44,558 nucleotides of DNA, taken from a virus (taxonomy: Duplodnaviria; Heunggongvirae; Uroviricota; Caudoviricetes). Shown here piece after piece: positions 25,773-36,006 of this stretch. The notes under the pieces were generated by a model, which was given only the letters and a program-made list of their open reading frames with translations, ran no database searches and was not told the DNA's origin. The first letter of the stretch is position 1. Every line of letters starts with the position of its first letter. Position numbers and translations under genes: made by a program. The stretch is taken from IMG/VR virus record IMGVR_UViG_2541047901_000009. One strand, written 5' to 3'.

Positions 25773-26270
25773 TTAAGCCGGTACGCCGCCGGCGGTACGC
25801 CAGACGGTGACCAGTTTTTCCAGTGAATGCTCACGCTGACCGTAACCGGCACCCGGCAGGGACGCCCAGATATTGCGACAGCGTGAAATGGCGCGCTCAA
25901 TGCGTCCCGCCCGGATGTCATCCAGTGCACCGCGTTCGCGGATCAACTGAATGGAGAGCCTGTCCTGTGACAACGGACTGAAATCCGGCAGGGCAAGCTG
26001 TTTGCGGTAGTGCGGCCAGAACAGGTAAAGCTGCTGATAGCGACCGGAGGCCGTGGATTTTTCACCGCGACGGTTAAACACCTTCGCCGGTCGGCCATGC
26101 GCGAACGGGTGGTCACTGTAGTCGGTGAAAATTTCCGGCTTTCCGTCCAGTCCGGTGACTATCACGTCATAGCCCCGGTTTTTCGTCAGCGGATGATTCG
26201 CCGTCCCTTCCGACACGGCCAGCATGTCGAGAAAGGCGGCGATATTCTGATGCGTGTTAATTACCGGCAT
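25773..26270 (-). CDS. K: P2 gpK endolysin
   Basis: 165 aa, in the P2 K position between holin Y and lysA. Confidence 0.88.
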   Translation of the reverse strand: MPVINTHQNIAAFLDMLAVSEGTANHPLTKNRGYDVIVTGLDGKPEIFTDYSDHPFAHGRPAKVFNRRGEKSTASGRYQQLYLFWPHYRKQLALPDFSPLSQDRLSIQLIRERGALDDIRAGRIERAISRCRNIWASLPGAGYGQREHSLEKLVTVWRTAGGVPA

Positions 26271-26551
26271 TACGGTTTCCCCCTGCCCTTAAAACGGCGC
26301 TGAATGGCAATCTCAATCACCTGATAACCGGCGATACCCAGCATGGAGCCGATGCCGCACACCGCAGGCAGTGACAGGTCAGGAAACTGCACCAGAACAA
26401 CACCGGCAACCATCGAGACAAAACCACCGAGCAACATGCGCCCGATAAACAGACGCGGGGTGATGGGTTCACCACCGGCAAGCACCTTGCCGACAACAAT
26501 CAGCACCCCAATCATGAAAAGCGACAGGACGCTTTTTTCTTCTGCTGTCAT
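26270..26551 (-). CDS. Y: P2 gpY holin
   Basis: 93 aa with TM segments; its stop overlaps the K start. Confidence 0.88.
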   Translation of the reverse strand: MTAEEKSVLSLFMIGVLIVVGKVLAGGEPITPRLFIGRMLLGGFVSMVAGVVLVQFPDLSLPAVCGIGSMLGIAGYQVIEIAIQRRFKGRGKP

Positions 26552-26554
26552 GCG

Positions 26555-26758
26555 TTACTCCCACAGATTGACAGTTTCAGCCACGGGCGCGGTCTGAACG
26601 TCGGGCAGTTCGACGGCGGTGCCATGTGGCAGCACCGCCCCCAGTTCAGCCAGTCCCGGATTTGCGGCGAGCACGGTCTCAACCACGCCCTCAGTGCGCC
26701 CGTAATACCGGACACAAATGGCGTCGAGCGTGTCGCCCTGTAGCGCAAAGGTCTTCAT
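26555..26758 (-). CDS. X: P2 gpX tail protein
   Basis: 67 aa from the internal Met (MKTFALQGDTLDAICVRYYGRTEG...), overlapping the L stop. Confidence 0.85.
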   Translation of the reverse strand: MKTFALQGDTLDAICVRYYGRTEGVVETVLAANPGLAELGAVLPHGTAVELPDVQTAPVAETVNLWE

Positions 26759-27267
26759 CAGATTTGACTCACGATGCAGCGCGGCTTGTCCTGGATACGC
26801 GCCACTGCCCAGCGCATATCCCGCCACAGTTCATCAATGGTGCTGTCAATGCTGTCGGCCTTCTTGTCGCCTTTCGCACTGGCATCCACGCCGCGGTAAC
26901 GCTCATAAAGCGACGCGGTCGCCATCGCACACACGGCGCGCTCGTAGTAAAAAACTTTGATACTTTCACCGTCGATGTCGTCCGCCGGAACGTCCGCCAG
27001 ACGCGTAAAACCGGCGGCTATTTTCTGTTCGCGGTACTCGTACAGCTCCGCATTCGTCTCCGCCATGCCTGACTTGATGGCCTCACGCAGACGGGCGGGG
27101 GCGACGGTCTGCTCAAGGCGCATACGTTCCCGGACGCGCTTCGGGTCGATATCGGGAAAAAAGAACGTGTTTTTAATCACCGGCTCGTCGCCTGCCGGTT
27201 GCGGGATGACCACCGTACCCTCACCGGACACGGGAGCCTCCTTTCGCGGAATAATCAGCGTCATCAT
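26758..27267 (-). CDS. L: P2 gpL head completion protein
   Basis: 169 aa from the internal Met (MMTLIIPRKE...). Confidence 0.85.
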   Translation of the reverse strand: MMTLIIPRKEAPVSGEGTVVIPQPAGDEPVIKNTFFFPDIDPKRVRERMRLEQTVAPARLREAIKSGMAETNAELYEYREQKIAAGFTRLADVPADDIDGESIKVFYYERAVCAMATASLYERYRGVDASAKGDKKADSIDSTIDELWRDMRWAVARIQDKPRCIVSQI

Positions 27268-27366
27268 GACTACCTCTGAAAAGTCGGGCGGTGGACGCCG
27301 GTGCAGTGTCAGGTGATTCACCCTCACTGACCGGCGTGCCGCCCTGGCGCGGGGCGCATTCGGTTG

Positions 27367-28110
27367 TTAACTGGCTTTCTTTTTCGGGCGTCCACGTTTT
27401 GCCGGTGTCGCACTCCGGGTCTTACGCGGGGCGCAGGTGGCCGCTTTTGGCTGTGGCTCCGGCTTCGGTTTCAGTTCCCGCTCCAGTCGTTCAATCTCTT
27501 TTTTGACGCCTGCCTGACAGTCGAGCTGTGTCGCACGTTGCAGGTGCGCCAGCGCACCTGCGGCATCACCAGCGTCACGCAGAAACAGACCGGTGATTTT
27601 GTGCAGCTTTGCGCGCACTTCATCAGGCATGTCAGCCGTGGCGGTCAGTTCGAGGGTGTCCGTCAGCAGGCGGGGATCCACAGACTCACCGGCAGCGTGG
27701 GCGCGCATGGCCGCGAGCGCCACCTCCTCGGTGAACATGTACGGCGGGGTGCGGCGGTGTTTACCCGGCATGGTCAGACCGTACTTCAGGGCATAACGGG
27801 CAATCTCCAGCGCACCGGCAATATCGCCGGTATCCAGACGCCACAGCATGACCGTCATCAGAATGTCATCCTGTGCACCTTTGCCCTGCTCCAGCACGCC
27901 GTTCACCCACGGCAACCAGAACGGCAGCAGTTCGCGTTTTTTCGCGGCCTTAAGCTCTTTTGAGTAAATCGCTTTCAGTGTGCGCTGGTCTGCGGCGAGC
28001 TTAACCAGCATCTGCTCATAGACAGTTGCATGTCGCAGCGGGGCGGCTTCCCGCTGCGCGGTCATCGCTGCCGAGACCCGCATCATGTGGCGCTGTGCGG
28101 GACTCGTCAT
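27367..28110 (-). CDS. M: P2 gpM terminase small (endonuclease) subunit
   Basis: 247 aa with a basic C-terminal tail, in the P2 M position. Confidence 0.88.
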   Translation of the reverse strand: MTSPAQRHMMRVSAAMTAQREAAPLRHATVYEQMLVKLAADQRTLKAIYSKELKAAKKRELLPFWLPWVNGVLEQGKGAQDDILMTVMLWRLDTGDIAGALEIARYALKYGLTMPGKHRRTPPYMFTEEVALAAMRAHAAGESVDPRLLTDTLELTATADMPDEVRAKLHKITGLFLRDAGDAAGALAHLQRATQLDCQAGVKKEIERLERELKPKPEPQPKAATCAPRKTRSATPAKRGRPKKKAS

Positions 28111-28113
28111 CAG

Positions 28114-29187
28114 TTACGCTCCCGGCTCTGCGGTCGCCCTGGCCGGTGTGGAGAAATCACCGACCTTAATTTTTTCCACCAGGCAACCGGCGGCGTAGTC
28201 TTCCACCACGTAATCAATATTCATTGACTCGTAGTTCTCCACGCGGTCGAGTTTCGGGTTTTCCACAATCACGCGGCGATGGCTGTCATCCATGTAGTAG
28301 ATGGACAGGTTTTCCAGCTTCGTGATGAGCATCGCATCCGCCGGGAAGTACGGGACGCGTACCGCTGGCAGGTTGCCGATGCGTTTCTGGCTGATGATGA
28401 CGTCAGCGGCCAGCATCTCGCTGTTGTCCTGCTCCTTGTTGACGATGGGGAAATACTTGTCCGCCAGTAGCTGACGCCCCACAATCACCACAAGGTCAGG
28501 GTCTTCCTGATACCACGGTTCAATCAGGTTGTTGGTCGCATCCATCACCAGTGCATCAAGGCTGGCATAATCACCGCCCTTACCCACGCGGATAACCTCA
28601 GAGGTGGTGCGGCCTTCCTCGTCAGTGACCTTGCTCATCACGCGCGCCGGGGCTTCATTGCGGTATTTCTGCAGCCAGCCGACCGCCACATCCTGCAACA
28701 TCGGATTGCTGCTGCGGTCAGAGGTTTCGGCACGCTTCACGCCGTTAAAACCGGCCATGATTAAATCAAGGGACTGGCGTTTGATAATGGCGTTACGGAC
28801 ACGGAGCTGGAAATCCTGATAACGCGCCCACAGGTCAAGCGTTTTGTAGCGGATATAAAAATCGAAGTTAATCTGGTCGCATTCGTACTTACTGGACGCC
28901 AGCTTCGAGAAGTCCTTCGGCTGACGCTCGGTGCCACCGGCGGTGTCGGTGGTGCTGGCGATGGAGCCGGTGACACCAATACCAATTTTTTCCCCTTTCA
29001 TTTCGCTGACCGGCACAATGTTGATGCGGGTCAGAAAGTCAGAGGACTCCTGCATGGTGTTCATCAGGGTCTGGGTGACCGACGGTTCAACGGTGAATTT
29101 TTTCGACACATCACCGGCGTCGATGCCGTTCAGCTCGGCAACACGGGACAGGTAGGCATTAAATTTAAAGCGGGTTTCCTGGCGCAT
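28114..29187 (-). CDS. N: P2 gpN major capsid protein
   Basis: 357 aa, in the P2 N position. Confidence 0.92.
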   Translation of the reverse strand: MRQETRFKFNAYLSRVAELNGIDAGDVSKKFTVEPSVTQTLMNTMQESSDFLTRINIVPVSEMKGEKIGIGVTGSIASTTDTAGGTERQPKDFSKLASSKYECDQINFDFYIRYKTLDLWARYQDFQLRVRNAIIKRQSLDLIMAGFNGVKRAETSDRSSNPMLQDVAVGWLQKYRNEAPARVMSKVTDEEGRTTSEVIRVGKGGDYASLDALVMDATNNLIEPWYQEDPDLVVIVGRQLLADKYFPIVNKEQDNSEMLAADVIISQKRIGNLPAVRVPYFPADAMLITKLENLSIYYMDDSHRRVIVENPKLDRVENYESMNIDYVVEDYAAGCLVEKIKVGDFSTPARATAEPGA

Positions 29188-29245
29188 AGTTTTTCCTGAA
29201 ATTAAGGGTTAATCGTGAAGGTTTTCCCGGACTGACTGACGCCGG

Positions 29246-30100
29246 TCAGCAGTTCGTCATCAGGGCGTCACCGCCACCGCCGGTGGCCTTGCTGCGGCGC
29301 TGCTGGGTCAGACTTTCGGTGTGGTCGAGACTGTTTTTCAGGCGGGTGAATGCCTGGCTGGTTTCATCCGCCCTGTCAGTCACCTCCTGCTTAAGTGCGG
29401 AAAAGGCGGTTTCCATCTCAGCGAGGCGCTGCTCAGTGGCACTCAGCTTTTCCTGCACATGTTCAGCAACAGCGGTCACCGCTTCATGCACGTCATTCAG
29501 ACGGGCGTCATCGCTGGCCTGTTTGCGGCCAAAAATGGATTTCACCTTTTCGGTCAGGGCGGTGAACACGGTTTCAGGCAGGTCTTCAAATTCCAGCTCA
29601 ACAGGCGTTGCCACTGAAATCAGGTTTTCAGGGCTTAATTTGAAGCGGTTCAGGGGGTTGTGTTTTGCCGTGCGGCAGAATTCCAGGTATTCCGTGCCGA
29701 GGCTTGCCGGGTCATCGGTGACGGCCAGCCCCACCAGATAACATTTGCCGGTGTTGGCAAAGTTCGGCTGAATTTCCATTGAGGTGTAGACCTTCTGCGC
29801 GGCCTTGTTCATCGCGATAAGGTCATCGGTCGGGGTGATTTTCGCAAACAGCGCCCATTTGCCTTTCAGCGCCGAATCGTCATCAATCTTTTCGGCCTTC
29901 AGTTCGGCCACATCGCCATAACGTTTAAAAATACCGTCAGGCAGGATGCCGCGCAGATGTTCCAGGTTAATGCGGCAACCATAGACACGCGGGTCAAAGG
30001 TTTCCGCCATTTCCTGAATATCCTGCGCACTGATGACACGCCCGTCACAGGTGTCACCCTCAACGCCGATACGAAAGAATTTTGAGACTTTTTTTGCCAT
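29246..30100 (-). CDS. O: P2 gpO capsid scaffolding protein
   Basis: 284 aa from the internal Met (MAKKVSKFFRIG...), in the P2 O position. Confidence 0.88.
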   Translation of the reverse strand: MAKKVSKFFRIGVEGDTCDGRVISAQDIQEMAETFDPRVYGCRINLEHLRGILPDGIFKRYGDVAELKAEKIDDDSALKGKWALFAKITPTDDLIAMNKAAQKVYTSMEIQPNFANTGKCYLVGLAVTDDPASLGTEYLEFCRTAKHNPLNRFKLSPENLISVATPVELEFEDLPETVFTALTEKVKSIFGRKQASDDARLNDVHEAVTAVAEHVQEKLSATEQRLAEMETAFSALKQEVTDRADETSQAFTRLKNSLDHTESLTQQRRSKATGGGGDALMTNC

Positions 30101-30273
30101 TGTCAGGAGTCCTGAATAGTGATTAGAGGAGTCACATGTCGGCATCAGTTTCCCGACGATGCGCATCCTCCGCCATCAGTCCCGGATGGCTTATCACTGA
30201 CACAACAGCACCTTAGCGAATCGCGGGGCGCGACTCAGTAGCCTTGCCGTGTATTCATCACGGCGAGGTATTC

Positions 30274-32046
30274 ATGACCATCACCACAGACACCACTCTT
30301 TTACACGACCCGCGTCGTCAGGCGGCGCTGCTGTACTGGCAGGGATTTTCCGTGCCGCAGATTGCCGCCATGTTGCAGATGAAACGCCCGACGGTGCAGA
30401 GCTGGAAACAGCGCGACGGCTGGGACAGCGTTGCTCCCATCAGCCGTGTCGAAATGAGTCTGGAAGCGCGGCTGACCCAGCTCATCATCAAACCGCAGAA
30501 AACCGGTGGTGACTTCAAGGAAATTGACCTGCTGGGACGCCAGATTGAACGACTGGCACGGGTAAACCGCTACAGTCAGACCGGCAACGAGGCAGACCTT
30601 AATCCGAACGTCGCTAACCGCAACAAAGGCGGGCGTCGCAAACCGAAAAAGAATTTTTTCAGTGACGAGGCCATCGAAAAGCTGGAGCAGATTTTCTTTG
30701 AGCAGTCTTTCGAATATCAGTTGCACTGGTATCGCGCCGGGCTTGAGCACCGCATCCGCGATATCCTGAAATCCCGCCAGATTGGCGCGACGTTTTATTT
30801 TTCCCGCGAGGCGCTGCTGCGCGCCCTGAAAACCGGTCATAACCAGATTTTTCTGTCGGCCAGTAAAACGCAGGCGTATGTGTTCCGCGAATACATCATC
30901 GCCTTTGCCCGGCTGGTTGACGTTGACCTGACCGGTGACCCGATTGTCCTGGGCAATAACGGCGCAAAACTGATTTTTCTCGGCACCAACTCCAACACCG
31001 CACAGAGCCATAACGGCGACCTGTACGTCGACGAGATTTTCTGGATCCCGAATTTTCAGGTACTGCGTAAGGTGGCATCAGGTATGGCCTCACAGAGTCA
31101 CCTGCGCTCGACCTATTTCTCCACCCCGTCCACGCTGGCGCACGACGCCTACCCGTTCTGGTCGGGTGAACTGTTCAACCGGGGACGCGCCAGCGCCGCC
31201 GAACGCGTGGAAATCGACGTCAGTCATAACGCCCTTGCCGGAGGTCTTCTCTGTGCGGACGGCCAGTGGCGGCAGATTGTCACCATTGAGGACGCCCTGA
31301 AAGGCGGCTGCACGCTGTTCGACATTGAGCAGCTCAAACGTGAAAACAGCGCCGACGATTTTAAAAACCTGTTCATGTGTGAATTTGTTGACGACAAGGC
31401 GTCGGTGTTCCCGTTCGAGGAGCTGCAACGCTGCATGGTCGACACGCTGGAAGAATGGGAAGACTATGCGCCGTTTGCCGCGAATCCGTTCGGCTCCCGC
31501 CCGGTATGGATTGGTTACGACCCGTCACACCGTGGCGACAGCGCCGGATGCGTGGTACTGGCACCGCCGGTGGTGGCCGGTGGCAAATTCAGAATACTTG
31601 AGCGTCACCAGTGGAAAGGCATGGACTTTGCCACTCAGGCGGAATCCATCCGCAAACTCACCGAAAAATACAACGTCGAATACATCGGTATTGATGCCAC
31701 CGGCCTCGGTGTCGGCGTGTTCCAGCTCGTGCGCTCGTTCTATCCCGCCGCGCGCGACATCCGCTACACGCCGGAAATGAAAACCGCAATGGTGCTCAAG
31801 GCCAAAGACGTTATCCGCCGTGGCTGTCTGGAATATGACGTCAGCGCCACCGACATCACCAGCTCGTTTATGGCTATCCGCAAGACCATGACCAGCAGCG
31901 GACGCAGCGCCACCTATGAGGCCAGCCGCAGCGAGGAAGCCAGCCACGCCGACCTCGCCTGGGCGACCATGCACGCCCTGTTAAATGAGCCACTCACCGC
32001 AGGTATCAGCACCCCGCTGACATCCACCATTCTGGAGTTTTACTGA
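30274..32046 (+). CDS. P: P2 gpP terminase large (ATPase) subunit
   Basis: 590 aa from the internal Met (MTITTDTTLL...), divergent from O across the late-promoter region. Confidence 0.92.
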   Translation: MTITTDTTLLHDPRRQAALLYWQGFSVPQIAAMLQMKRPTVQSWKQRDGWDSVAPISRVEMSLEARLTQLIIKPQKTGGDFKEIDLLGRQIERLARVNRYSQTGNEADLNPNVANRNKGGRRKPKKNFFSDEAIEKLEQIFFEQSFEYQLHWYRAGLEHRIRDILKSRQIGATFYFSREALLRALKTGHNQIFLSASKTQAYVFREYIIAFARLVDVDLTGDPIVLGNNGAKLIFLGTNSNTAQSHNGDLYVDEIFWIPNFQVLRKVASGMASQSHLRSTYFSTPSTLAHDAYPFWSGELFNRGRASAAERVEIDVSHNALAGGLLCADGQWRQIVTIEDALKGGCTLFDIEQLKRENSADDFKNLFMCEFVDDKASVFPFEELQRCMVDTLEEWEDYAPFAANPFGSRPVWIGYDPSHRGDSAGCVVLAPPVVAGGKFRILERHQWKGMDFATQAESIRKLTEKYNVEYIGIDATGLGVGVFQLVRSFYPAARDIRYTPEMKTAMVLKAKDVIRRGCLEYDVSATDITSSFMAIRKTMTSSGRSATYEASRSEEASHADLAWATMHALLNEPLTAGISTPLTSTILEFY

Positions 32047-32135
32047 TGAGTGCGTATTACCGTGAAGGAGATCGGTGAGTAACATCGATGGAGATCGGTT
32101 CGTGTCACTTTCACAGAACCGTTTTTAAATTACCT

Positions 32136-32885
32136 TCACTGATCTCCTTCGGTCAACGGTGATTGTATTTTCCGCATTGATTCTCCTTTAAGTTCGATCT
32201 TGATACTGCCATGAACCAGTCGATCTAGGATGGCATCCGCATGTGTGGAGTCTCCGATCATTTTGTACCAGTTTTCCACCGGCAACTGGCTCACTACGAT
32301 GATTGAGCCTCGTTGGTACATCAGATCCACTATTTCCAGCAGGTCGCTACGCTGTTCTGATGAGAGAGGTTCCAGCCCCCAGTCATCCAGAAGCAGCAGA
32401 TCGCTATTATTCAGCCTGGTCAAAAGTTTGCTGTATCTTCCATCAGCATGCCCCTGATAGCACTGTTCCATCAGCGCTTTAAGGCGATAATAGTAGACCT
32501 TGTATCCCTGTCGGCAGGCATTATGACCAAGTGCACATGCCAGGAACGTTTTACCGCTGCCGGTGGCCCCGGTCAGTAAAATATTTTGTTTCAGGGTTAA
32601 CCAGTTTCCCTGACTGAGTGAACGGATGAGGGCCCTGTCCAGCCCTCTATTGTTACGATAATCCAGCTTTGATAACTCAGCATTAAGTCTGAACCGTGCA
32701 TGTTTGATCAGACGCTCTGCCTTCCTGTTTTCACGGCAGGTTAGTTCTTCTGCTGTCAGTAATGACAGGCGTTCTTCGAAGCCCAGCTCCTGGTATGTGC
32801 CCGGCTGAGCAAGTTGCTTTTTAAGCGCATCACGGAAGCCGGTGAGTTTAAGTGCGGTCAGTTGTTCGTAAAGATGATTCATCAT
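32136..32885 (-). CDS. istB: IS21-family helper ATPase IstB
   Basis: 249 aa with Walker A LLTGATGSGKTFLACALG and Walker B LLLLDDWG. Confidence 0.93.
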   Translation of the reverse strand: MMNHLYEQLTALKLTGFRDALKKQLAQPGTYQELGFEERLSLLTAEELTCRENRKAERLIKHARFRLNAELSKLDYRNNRGLDRALIRSLSQGNWLTLKQNILLTGATGSGKTFLACALGHNACRQGYKVYYYRLKALMEQCYQGHADGRYSKLLTRLNNSDLLLLDDWGLEPLSSEQRSDLLEIVDLMYQRGSIIVVSQLPVENWYKMIGDSTHADAILDRLVHGSIKIELKGESMRKIQSPLTEGDQ

Positions 32886-32896
32886 TGGATCCCGTA

Positions 32897-34438
32897 TCAG
32901 TGGTAATACTCACTGCCGCGTACGTTTTCGTGTTCCATCGTGGATAACAGATCTGGTTTTGGATCCTGAACAGGTTGTTTATCCAGACCTTTTTCCAGGA
33001 TCGATTTAATACCTGACAGACGCCATACCTTTGTTTTCAGAGCTCTTGCACATGCTGCATTAAGTCTGGCTTTACTGTATTTTTTATGAAGGTTCAGGAG
33101 TCCAAGGCAGAAGCGATAGCTTTGTTCCGGATGTGGACGAGAGTTCAGTATATGAAGCACATAACTATGAGTTTCACTGCCTATGTGCCCCGCCCATTCC
33201 AGAAGACGCTCTGGCGTCCAGGTGGCATGCTGTCGATGAGCTTCAGGCATGTGCTCGTTGCGGGTACTGTAGCCATAAGTACGCTTGCGCGGGTGCACAG
33301 CAACCTCCTGCCCCTGATTGAAGAGTCTTACCAGTTCTCCGGAGATCCATGCTTCCAGTTGCTGGCCTAACAGCGAACATGGAACCGAGTAGTAATGTTT
33401 GTCGATTTCCACGTGGTAATCGGCATGAACTCTGACTTTCTTCACCAGGGTGTAACTGTAACTGGCTTCAGGAAGAGGCTTCAGTGCGGGTTTATCAAGC
33501 TGGATGAAGAGTTCTGCACGTGAATAACCCAACTTCTGCATTATTTTGTTATTCAGTCTTTCCAGCAACTCCCGAATGCGCTGATTAAGCGATGCAAGGC
33601 TGTAGAAGATCTCATGCCTGATTCGGGCCATGATCCAGCGTTCAACAACCTGAACGCCAACTTCAGCTTTGGCTTTATCTTTCGGTTTACGTGGCCGCGC
33701 AGGCAAAACTGCGACATTATAATGCTCAAGCATCTGCTGGTAGGTAGGGTTAACGTCAGGATCATACTTACATGCCCTGGATGTGGCGCTTTTCAGATTG
33801 TCCGGAACAACAAGTTCAGGAACGCCACCCAACCACTGGAAGCAGCGAACATGACTCATCACCCAGTCTTCAAGCTGCTGAGACCAGGTGGCCTCTGCCC
33901 ATGTGTAACTTGATGCCCCGAGAACAGCTACGATGACCTGAGCAGTTCTTATTTCTCCGGTCTCAGGGTCGGTAACGCCAACGGTAGGTCCACAGTAATC
34001 AACGAAAAGTTTTTCGCCAGCTTTATGTACCTGACGCATTGATGGTGAAGTGGTTTTGAGCCATTCACGGTACATCCGGCAGTAATGGTTATAGCTGTAA
34101 AAACCGCCTGGATTACGCTCACAGTATTCTTCCCAGAGTAGCTGCAGCGTCACGCATTTATTACGCAGTTCCCGGTGTACTGTAGCCCAGTCAGGCAGAG
34201 AGTGCTTCTTCATCTTAACCTGGGTCTGAAGGAACGCATGTTTTAGTTTTGTATCATCCCATCCTGTAGGTAAGGGCCACTGCTTTATGCCAAGTTGAGC
34301 CGCCCGATTAGCATATCTGGATACAACGGAAGGGGAGATTGCAAGACTACGACCAATTTGTCGATGGCTGAGTCCAACACCGTATTTAAGCCTAAGAATT
34401 TCTTTAAGTTTTCTCATAGAAATTGGAACTGTTGGCAT
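32897..34438 (-). CDS. istA: IS21-family transposase IstA
   Basis: 513 aa with an N-terminal HTH and DDE integrase core, immediately upstream of istB. Confidence 0.92.
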   Translation of the reverse strand: MPTVPISMRKLKEILRLKYGVGLSHRQIGRSLAISPSVVSRYANRAAQLGIKQWPLPTGWDDTKLKHAFLQTQVKMKKHSLPDWATVHRELRNKCVTLQLLWEEYCERNPGGFYSYNHYCRMYREWLKTTSPSMRQVHKAGEKLFVDYCGPTVGVTDPETGEIRTAQVIVAVLGASSYTWAEATWSQQLEDWVMSHVRCFQWLGGVPELVVPDNLKSATSRACKYDPDVNPTYQQMLEHYNVAVLPARPRKPKDKAKAEVGVQVVERWIMARIRHEIFYSLASLNQRIRELLERLNNKIMQKLGYSRAELFIQLDKPALKPLPEASYSYTLVKKVRVHADYHVEIDKHYYSVPCSLLGQQLEAWISGELVRLFNQGQEVAVHPRKRTYGYSTRNEHMPEAHRQHATWTPERLLEWAGHIGSETHSYVLHILNSRPHPEQSYRFCLGLLNLHKKYSKARLNAACARALKTKVWRLSGIKSILEKGLDKQPVQDPKPDLLSTMEHENVRGSEYYH

Positions 34439-34632
34439 AGGTATCCTTTACCGGAATGGCAAAAGATACAGATCAACACACCTGTGAAGTTCCAATAACA
34501 TTGATGGAGATCACTGAATAACAAAATGAGTCAAAAGTGATCTCCATCGATGTTATTCAGCGATCTGTTCAAATGTTATTACCCGATCTCGATGGAAGTT
34601 ATTGAGTGATCTCCTTTCATGAAAATACGCAG

Positions 34633-35667
34633 ATGAGCAAGAAAAAAGGGAAAACACCGCAACCTGCGGCAAAAACAATGACTGCCAGCGCCCCGAAAAT
34701 GGAGGCATTCACCTTTGGTGAGCCGGTACCGGTACTCGACCGCCGTGACATTCTGGATTATGTCGAATGCATCAGTAACGGCAGATGGTATGAGCCGCCG
34801 GTCAGCTTTACCGGTCTGGCAAAAAGCCTGCGTGCTGCCGTGCATCACAGCTCACCGATTTACGTCAAACGTAATATTCTGGCTTCAACGTTTATCCCGC
34901 ACCCGTGGCTTTCCCAGCAGGATTTCAGCCGCTTTGTGCTGGATTTTCTGGTGTTCGGTAATGCGTTTCTGGAAAAGCGTTACAGCACCACCGGTAAGGT
35001 CATCAGACTGGAAACCTCACCGGCAAAATATACCCGCCGTGGTGTGGAAGAGGATGTTTACTGGTGGGTGCCGTCCTTCAACGAGCCGACAGCCTTCGCA
35101 CCCGGCTCCGTGTTTCACCTGCTGGAGCCGGATATTAATCAGGAGTTGTACGGCCTGCCAGAATATCTCAGCGCCCTTAACTCTGCCTGGCTGAATGAGT
35201 CGGCCACGCTGTTCCGCCGCAAGTATTACGAAAATGGCGCACATGCCGGATACATCATGTACGTCACCGATGCCGTGCAGGATCGCAACGATATCGAAAT
35301 GCTTCGCGAAAACATGGTTAAGTCGAAAGGCCGCAATAACTTTAAAAATCTGTTTCTCTATGCCCCGCAGGGGAAAGCCGACGGCATTAAAATTATCCCG
35401 CTCAGTGAAGTGGCGACGAAGGACGATTTTTTTAATATCAAAAAAGCCAGCGCCGCTGACCTGCTGGACGCACACCGCATCCCCTTTCAGTTGATGGGCG
35501 GCAAGCCGGAGAACGTCGGGTCGCTGGGTGATATTGAGAAAGTGGCAAAGGTCTTTGTCCGCAATGAGCTTATCCCGCTACAGGACAGGATCCGCGAGAT
35601 AAACGGCTGGCTCGGTCAGGAGGTCATCCGCTTTAAAAACTACTCACTGGACACTGACAACGACTGA
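34633..35667 (+). CDS. Q: P2 gpQ portal protein
   Basis: 344 aa from the ATG at 34633 (MSKKKGKT...). This ATG lies inside the IS21 target-site duplication. Confidence 0.9.
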   Translation: MSKKKGKTPQPAAKTMTASAPKMEAFTFGEPVPVLDRRDILDYVECISNGRWYEPPVSFTGLAKSLRAAVHHSSPIYVKRNILASTFIPHPWLSQQDFSRFVLDFLVFGNAFLEKRYSTTGKVIRLETSPAKYTRRGVEEDVYWWVPSFNEPTAFAPGSVFHLLEPDINQELYGLPEYLSALNSAWLNESATLFRRKYYENGAHAGYIMYVTDAVQDRNDIEMLRENMVKSKGRNNFKNLFLYAPQGKADGIKIIPLSEVATKDDFFNIKKASAADLLDAHRIPFQLMGGKPENVGSLGDIEKVAKVFVRNELIPLQDRIREINGWLGQEVIRFKNYSLDTDND

Positions 35668-35671
35668 ACAT

Positions 35672-35695
35672 CGCCGCCTGCGGGCGGCTTTTTTA
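35672..35695 (+). terminator. Rho-independent terminator after Q
   Basis: Hairpin GCCGCC-tgcg-GGCGGC followed by TTTTTT. Confidence 0.6.
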
Positions 35696-35834
35696 CATCC
35701 CGTCATCACGCCCTCACACGCTCACCACCGCACAAAACACCCCTTAGACACACCAACGCCCCGACGCACAATCTAAACGCCATCACGACGCGCTCAGACG
35801 CTGAAAAAATAAAATCAGCACCACCGCCAGCGCG

Positions 35835-35853
35835 CAGTGCTTTCCCCGCCTCG
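35835..35853. other. P2 cos site (19-nt cohesive-end sequence)
   Basis: GTGCTTTCCCCGCCTCGCC is the reverse complement of the P2 cohesive end GGCGAGGCGGGGAAAGCAC as I remember it, located after Q as expected. Confidence 0.8.
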
Positions 35854-36006
35854 CCCGCCCGCTTCATGGGTCGGTTTGAATGCAGTTGAATTACAACTAC
35901 CAAACCAAGCAATCCCTACTATTACGCAGAAAATGCATACTGAAATACCTCGTGCAAATTGATGCAGCTAAGTATGCATAGGTTTTATGCCTCAACGTAT
36001 ACGTTA

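Larger units (their letters stand above)
32051..34631 (-). mobile_element. IS21-family insertion sequence (istA-istB), about 2.58 kb, inserted at the P/Q junction
   Basis: Termini TGCGTATT...AATACGCA. Multiple subterminal repeats of the GATGGAGATCAC / GTGATCTCCATC type at both ends. Flanked by a 6-bp direct duplication GATGAG (32045-32050 and 34632-34637). Confidence 0.85.
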
